A stretch of DNA of 55,752 nucleotides. Source: Macrostomum lignano (lineage: Eukaryota). The stretch covers positions 46,877 through 102,628 of the forward strand of contig NIVC01000167.1 in assembly GCA_002269645.1 (NCBI GenBank), written 5' to 3'. The notes below the pieces were generated by a model that saw only the letters and a list, made by a program, of their open reading frames with translations, was not told where the DNA came from and did no database searches. Within the stretch, counting starts at the first letter, position 1; each line of letters opens with the position of its first letter. Made by a program: the position numbers and the translations under genes. Shown here piece after piece: positions 49,501 to 55,752 of this stretch.

Positions 49501-49646
49501 ATTAACGCCGGTGATCTCCGGCACTGGCTGACCAGCCTTGGCGAGCCAATCGACGAAGCCGATGTTAATCGAATGCTGGAGCACCTGGTTGATGATAGGG
49601 CTTGCTGGACTGTGCCGAACTGGCACACAGGCTGGTGGGACCTTGA
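46598..49646 (+). CDS. Calmodulin/myosin-light-chain-like EF-hand protein (~199 aa); exons 46598-46670, 47429-47700, 49393-49646; 1-bp deletion at 49598-49600
   Basis: LGDALRLAGFVVTEAEV..ADPGGTGRI and AVFDKQSTGRINAGDLRHWLTSLGEPIDEADVNRML match the CaM/MLC pattern. GT-AG introns with phases 1 and 0. Restoring one G gives DDRGLLDCAELAHRLVGP-stop. Exon 1 is less certain. Confidence 0.78.
47993..49341. repeat. 31-bp minisatellite GGAAATCGCAGTTGAGTCATAGAAT(T/A)TCATC, ~43 copies (intron 2 of the EF-hand gene)
   Basis: Direct reading. Confidence 0.95.
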
Positions 49647-49947
49647 TTCTGTGCCAGAGTCTCCCCTTGGGTTTGACGTAAAAAAGACACTGTGCACTTA
49701 AATTTCAGGCTGTACTCACACTTTACAGGAAATTTTGCTTCAGTTATATTTATATAGTATTCATTTTTAGGTATCCGCATCTTTGGCTTACATTTATGGT
49801 TCCATCATGTTTATTTTCTTCAGATCTATAAAGAGTAGTTTGTAAGTCTTGGTAATATAGTCAAATGTCTTACCAAGTTACAGCAATCCTACGGTATCAT
49901 TGGAAGCATTTTTGAGTCGTATGCTCGTACAATCCTTAGAGGTCACT

Positions 49948-50716
49948 ATTGGGTCATAGACAATCATTGGAGATCGTTATTGGTCATATACAATCCGTGG
50001 AGATGGTTATTGAGTCATATACAATCCGTGGAGATCGTATTGGTCTTATACAATCCTGGAGATCGTATTGGTTCATAGACAATCCTTGGAGATCGTATTG
50101 GGTCATAGACAATCCTTGGAGATCGTATTGGGTCATGTATAATCCTTGGAGATCGTATTGGGTCATAGAAATCATTGGAGATCGTATTGGGTCATAGACA
50201 ATCCTTGGAGATCGTTATTGGTCATAGACAATCCTTGGAGATCGTATTGGGTCATAGAAATCATTGGAGATCGTATTGGGTCATGTGTAATCCTTGGAGA
50301 TCGTATTGGGTCATAGAAAATCATTGGAGATCGTATTGGGTCATAGACAATCCTTGGAGATCGTTTGGGTCATAGACAATCCTTGGAGATCGTATTGGGT
50401 CATAGACAATCCTTGGAGATTGTATTGGGTCATAGACAATCCTTGGAGATCGTATCGGGTCATAGACAATCCTTAGAGTCGCTATTGGTCATAGACAATC
50501 CTTGGAGATCGTATTGGGTCATAGACAATCCTTGGAGATCGTATTGGGTCATAGAAAATCATTGGAGATCGTATTGGGTCATAGACAATCCTTGGAGATC
50601 GTATTGGGTCATAGACAATCCTTGGAGATTGTATTGGGTCATAGACAATCCTTGAGATCGTATTGGGTCATAGACAATCCTTAGAGGTCGCTATTTGGTC
50701 ATATACAATCCTTGGA
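49948..50716. repeat. 30-bp minisatellite ATTGGGTCATAGACAATCCTTGGAGATCGT, ~25 copies
   Basis: Direct reading; lies between the convergent 3' ends of the EF-hand gene and synaptogyrin. Confidence 0.92.
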
Positions 50717-51214
50717 AGTCAAAATGACAAAAAGTTTTTAAAGTTCAATAATTCATTTACGATACTCGTACATTCATTCTGAGCGGTAAAATTTCTCAAA
50801 AGAGCTAGCGGATGTAGATAAGAGTTATACTTTAAATCAATGACAAACAAGTATCGGAGGGATATAAGAAAAACTAAAACACATTACAAGTCAGCTGGAT
50901 ATTTACTTACGCTATAATATGAGCAACAGTAGAGATTAGTAGGTACATTGGTCAGTTAATCTCGAAGAAGAGGTGGGGTCACAATCTCAATATCTTTCAT
51001 TAGTGATACCACACAGGACCAAGGGCCACTCGGGAGAAAATAAAATTAAATAAAATTCTCAGAATTTAAATTTAAATCCTTTAAAGCTGGATTAACAAGC
51101 TTCTGTGTTTTAAGTTAGTGAAACTATTTTGTAATGCGGTTAGCTGTTGAATGAAATAAGACGCAAAAAGTTGGTAAGATTTATTGAATAAAAACAAATC
51201 TTAACTAGCTACTG

Positions 51215-53655
51215 TCAGTAGGTCGGTTGCCTGTGCTGATCGTCGATGTCGGCAGCGGCGCCACCGAAGCTGAACGGCGGCTGCTGGTAGTTTGAATCCG
51301 GCCTGGTCGGTGGCTGCTGAGATGCCACTTCCGACTCGACCTGCGGCATGGAGGATTTGGGAATTGAAACTGAGCGGAATTGCCAGAATTTATAGGCTGT
51401 TGCAATACGATAGAATATTTATTGTATGTTTTGAGTTAATTAATTAATCTTATTTGTTAATACTTCAGATTCACGGAGAAAAAGAGAGGATAAAATTCTC
51501 CCCAAACTTCACAATCCCCAAACTTCACAATCCCCAAACTTCACAATCCCCAAACTTCACAATCCCCAAACTTCACAATCCCCAAACTTCACAATCCCCA
51601 AACTTCACAATCCCCATCCTTCACAATCCCCAAGCTTCAAAATCCCCAAACTTCACAATTCCCAAACTTCACAATCCCCAAACTTCACAATCCCCAAGCT
51701 TCACAATCCCCAAACTTCACAATCCCCAAACTTCACAATCCCCAAACTTCACAATCCCCATCCTTCACAATCCCCAAGCTTCACAATCCCCAAACTTCAC
51801 AATCCCCAAACTTCACAATCCCCAAACTTCACAATCCCCAAGCTTCACAATCCCCATCCTTCACAATCCCCAAGCTTCAAAATCCCCAAACTTCACAATT
51901 CCCAAACTTCACAATCCCCAAACTTCACAATCCCCAAACTTCAAAATCCCCAAAATTCAAAATCCCCAAACTTCACAATCCCCCAAACTTCAAAATCCCC
52001 AAACTTCACAATCCACATACTTCACTGTCCCGAAACTTCACGATCCCCAAACTTCACAAGCCCAATGCAAACTTCACAAACCTTAAACTTCAGAATCCCC
52101 AGACTTCAAAATCCCCAAACTTCACAATTCTCAAACTTCACTAAGCTTTACTAAGTTTGGGGATTGTTAAGTTTCGTTTAGTGTTAAGTTTGGAAATTGT
52201 AAAATCTTGGAATTGTTGAGCTTGGGAATTATGAGGTTTGGAGATTGTAAGGCTTCGGGATTTGAGGCATGTGAATACTTTGAGGGTTTTTGACAAAAGA
52301 AACTCGAGACAAGATTATGGTTTTCGCGTGTTTTTCAATCTTCCATTGAGTCATTACGAAGTTGAAAGTTCTAACAAATGCCATGCATCCGCATTACTAT
52401 AGTAAGTATAGTGGGACCTCACCTGAGCAGCGGCAGGAAACGCCTCCTGCTGGCCCTGGCGGTATTTTTGCACGGCAAAGAAGACCAGCAGGCCGAATGA
52501 GACAATTGAGAGAAAGCAGAAAGCAACGCTGGCCCGAGCGTTGTTGAACTGCCACTGCTGAATGCTGAGCAGAGCCGCGAAGCTGTCGGGCAGGGACGCC
52601 AGCCGATTGGTCAGGTAGCAGAAGGCCACAAAGTAGAAGAATGCCCACACGGCTGCACAGGAGAATCGACAGATAATTATATAACAGACCGGCGTAAAGG
52701 CAAGGTTACAGCACCCGATATCCGGCAAGCTTTGGTTAAATTTGGTTCTAAGTTTGACACGATTGAAACGAAGTAAGTTTTCGGACATTGAAGATGGGAA
52801 TTTTGGAAATATATATATACGTTTCTTTGTTAACAAATTATTGCGGAAATATTCTGCACTGCAGAAAATTGTGTGAATGGGGCAGCCAAATGACGGTAAC
52901 TCCCTACGAGCTACAATTCTAAGTGATCGCGCTTACCAGAAAATATTGCATCCGCCAGGACAACATACTTCCTGATCTGCGCCGAGGACAGCCTTGGAAA
53001 CAGGGCGTCCATAACGAGGAAGCCCATGCTAGCCAAAAATGCGACAACACCAACGATTAGGCCGTAGGCGCAGGCGTTTGCGTCAAAATTAAAGATGCAG
53101 ATGCTCTCAACGTAGCAGCCGCTACTGATGCAGCCAAACACAATTATTGAGAATATCTGAAAGGATAAAAATAAGGAAAATATATTAATCAATTCAGACA
53201 CTAAATTAAACACAAGTTAAACTACACAATTAAATTAAGCAATTTGTTTTGTACAGCTAATAATTTCTGTCAACGGGTCAATTTGACAATTTTACAATAC
53301 AATAAAGCATTAAAGTTTACTTGTGTCATGTATAACGAAAAATACAACTACAAGTATTTTAGTTTCGCTGCTTCACATTTCAATTTTTTAATGACATTGG
53401 TTCACTTTGTAAAATGTTAATCTTTCAGCTAATGCAAAATGAAATAATAAGCCTAAATCTGTACGTTTTTTTCAGTACAATATATTTTGAAACCACAATA
53501 TTATACACAAATCGGAAGATATATTGGTTAAAAAAACTTACCCAAGAAATTATTCTAACAATAGTTGTCGGTTGCTTTAGAAATAGGACTGGGTCAAACG
53601 TATAATTAAGACCAACAGTAGGTCCTGCACCATAAACATTTTGCTGGGATGACAT
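51215..53655 (-). CDS. SYNGR: Synaptogyrin (MARVEL-domain tetraspan vesicle protein), 229 aa; exons 53655-53542, 53156-52937, 52652-52423, 51340-51215
   Basis: YGAG...FDPVLFLKQPTTIVRIISW|IFSIIVFGCIS..CIFNFDANACAYGLIVGVVAFL..DALFP; WAFFYFVAFCYLTN; ARASVAFCFLSIVSF; acidic/Pro C-tail ending in Y. GT-AG introns with phases 0,1,0; total 690 nt; AATAAA 30 nt after the stop (+ tttatt 51180-51185). Paralog assignment is not possible. Confidence 0.92.
51500..52140. repeat. 16-bp satellite ACAATCCCCAAACTTC, ~40 copies, followed by a degenerate inverted block (52153-52265); synaptogyrin last intron
   Basis: Direct reading. Confidence 0.92.
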
Positions 53656-55752
53656 CTCAATACGCGTAGTACTTGCGAAATATTGTTTTAAATTCTTGAT
53701 ATATGTCAAACAGTATTTATTTAAATTGATTTATAAAATAATTTTTTGATTAGCGGATAAAGAGATTGTAGTCAAAACATGGAAAATTCAGTAATTTTTT
53801 AACATGAACTATAAATTAAATGCTGCAAAACCGCCTTCGACTGCGTTATATAAATTTTCAATTCAAGAAAAAATGTAGAAAGTTGAAAACTGTGGGTAAA
53901 GGATGACTCTATCTCTATTCCTATCTCTAGTAAAAATATTTTACTACTCAAAAAATTATTTAAAACTCTTTTCTGAGTACAATATCAGTGATAAACCTAC
54001 GTATGATTTATTTTCTGCTTAATACATTTGTTTTGACGATTTAAAAAAGTTCCGAGAATAAAAAATAATTGGTATACTTGGTATTTGTTGGTGGAAATGG
54101 AAACCAAACAAGCCAATATAGTTGTTTATGGCAAAATATGTATTTCAAAGCACAGATGTATACATAGGCCATGGCTATGTTTTAAGAAAACATTGTTGCA
54201 GTGTGAGAGACAAAGCGAGTTCCAACGAAAGCTTGCAAGGGGCCACGTTTAGTCGAGTTTTTGAGAGAGAGTAGAGTAGTCCCTCCTTTTGTATTTAACT
54301 GTTCATGTCGATGACAAAAGTATGATAGCGTGTTCTCAGATTTTCTCAAAAAGAGTTTTCAAGCTGCCCAGAAAAACAAGCTGCTTAAAGTTGTGGCAAA
54401 TCCAACCCTCAGATATCTGACTTGTTCGATCACAGTGCTTAGATGTTTAAGTTGCAATGCTTTAGTTAGGACCATTGATACTATTTATTAATGCTCTTAA
54501 ATAATTTTTTATCCTAAATCATCTTGAAAAAAAAGTTCTATATCAATAAAACACGATCGATTTTTATAATGTTGCTTTCTTACTCGGCGCGATTTTAAAA
54601 CTTTTTAATTTTTCAGTCCGCTTATATAGAGAGCTCTACCTAGAACTTGATCGAGTCTATAGAATAGTGACCTAGCGAGTGTGTATTAGTTTATAGATAG
54701 AAAACAAGTTTAAAGCTGTGTCAAGACCTTTTAAAAGCGACTTTTAGTGTTAAAGATTAATATTTTCTTGTAAATCAGTGTCAAATGAACTCTCTTCTTT
54801 CGATTGTCACTCGCGGTCAAGCATCACGCCTGCTTTCAGTTGGAAAGAGCATTAAACTCTCAAATATCTATCATGGCAATTTTCGAGTCTGTTCTTTTTC
54901 TCAACAAGCGAATAAAAACCAAGGTGAAAATTAATTATTTGATCTTTGACACTTATAATAACTTATAGTCTGGTGCTTTTCAGCTAGATGTTGCATTGAC
55001 TTTTCAGTGCTGTGCACTTTTAAAGTGAGCTATTTTTTGTCAATGAGATAGCTATCCCAACCGGCCAACCTCCACCTGCCTGTCCTTCCTGATCTAGGCC
55101 TAGATGTATAAAAGGGATTATATAATTTATATAATTTTGGGTAAATAGCAGGAGTAACTATGACTAAACTACTAAGGCAAAATGCCCCATCATCTAATTA
55201 GTACTGCATCTGTATTTTTTAAGTTTGCATTTTTAAAGTTTACCTTGGCTAGACCTCTTGCCACTTATTGGCCAATTGGCTGGGGTTGGGCATGTATGGC
55301 AAGGATATTGTTGACTATAGTAAAGCACTTAGTAGCTAATCAAGTGGCTCATAGTAGCACAACCAGAAATTTTTTGAGGGGAGGGCAGATTCTAGAGGGT
55401 AAAGTTCCGGAGGGGGTGGAGGGTGGCTCTGTTTTTGGCAAAAATTTGCTTGGTCCTCCTTACTGGTGGCTCATTATATATATAAGCCATAGCTGGGAAG
55501 TGGCAATTCCGGCACAAATTGGCCGCTTTTTTGGCACACACGATGCACATAGGGTACAAGGAAAAATTGAAAATGCTCTGGCGGCGCACATGGCGCATGG
55601 CACTGAAAAATATATAGTTACACTTTGTTATACTTTGCAAAATATATAGTATCAGGCCTAATTCCATAATTCATAAAATAAAATGTTATACTAACATATG
55701 AAACATTCGCCGACACTTATTCAGACACTTCTACAGACACTTTAGTTTCTGT

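Noticed and set aside
55182-55667. ORFs 55182..55649(+) and 55392..55667(-)
   Set aside because: No domain similarity recognised, no splice context, and composition looks like decayed repeat or intergenic DNA.

Overview
Eukaryotic (animal) genomic DNA with spliceosomal GT-AG introns. GC-rich coding exons alternate with AT-rich 5' regions and about 20 minisatellite arrays. The style is reminiscent of the flatworm Macrostomum (inference only, not verified). Six protein-coding loci are supported. (1) The 5' part of a giant minus-strand protein whose real Glu-rich frame is absent from the ORF track because it runs off the left edge; it carries about 19.6 near-identical 78-aa (234-bp) repeats. (2) A complete 6-exon TM9SF2 (660 aa). 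(3) A single-exon FoxG forkhead gene inside a ~26-kb interval with no other recognisable gene. (4) An orphan coiled-coil exon. (5) A 3-exon calmodulin/myosin-light-chain-like gene with a 1-bp frameshift in its last exon. (6) A complete 4-exon synaptogyrin (229 aa). No prokaryotic system, CRISPR, rRNA, intact tRNA or transposase was found. The most notable observations are the hidden repeat protein, minisatellites whose units each carry a canonical TF core motif (AP-1, Fox, CCAAT, GC-box, nuclear-receptor half-site, TALE), a satellite resembling tRNA positions 1-17, a repeat-spacer cluster with TGACA/TGTCA dyads, and a CpG-free TM9SF2 intron. All coordinates and counts were derived by eye.
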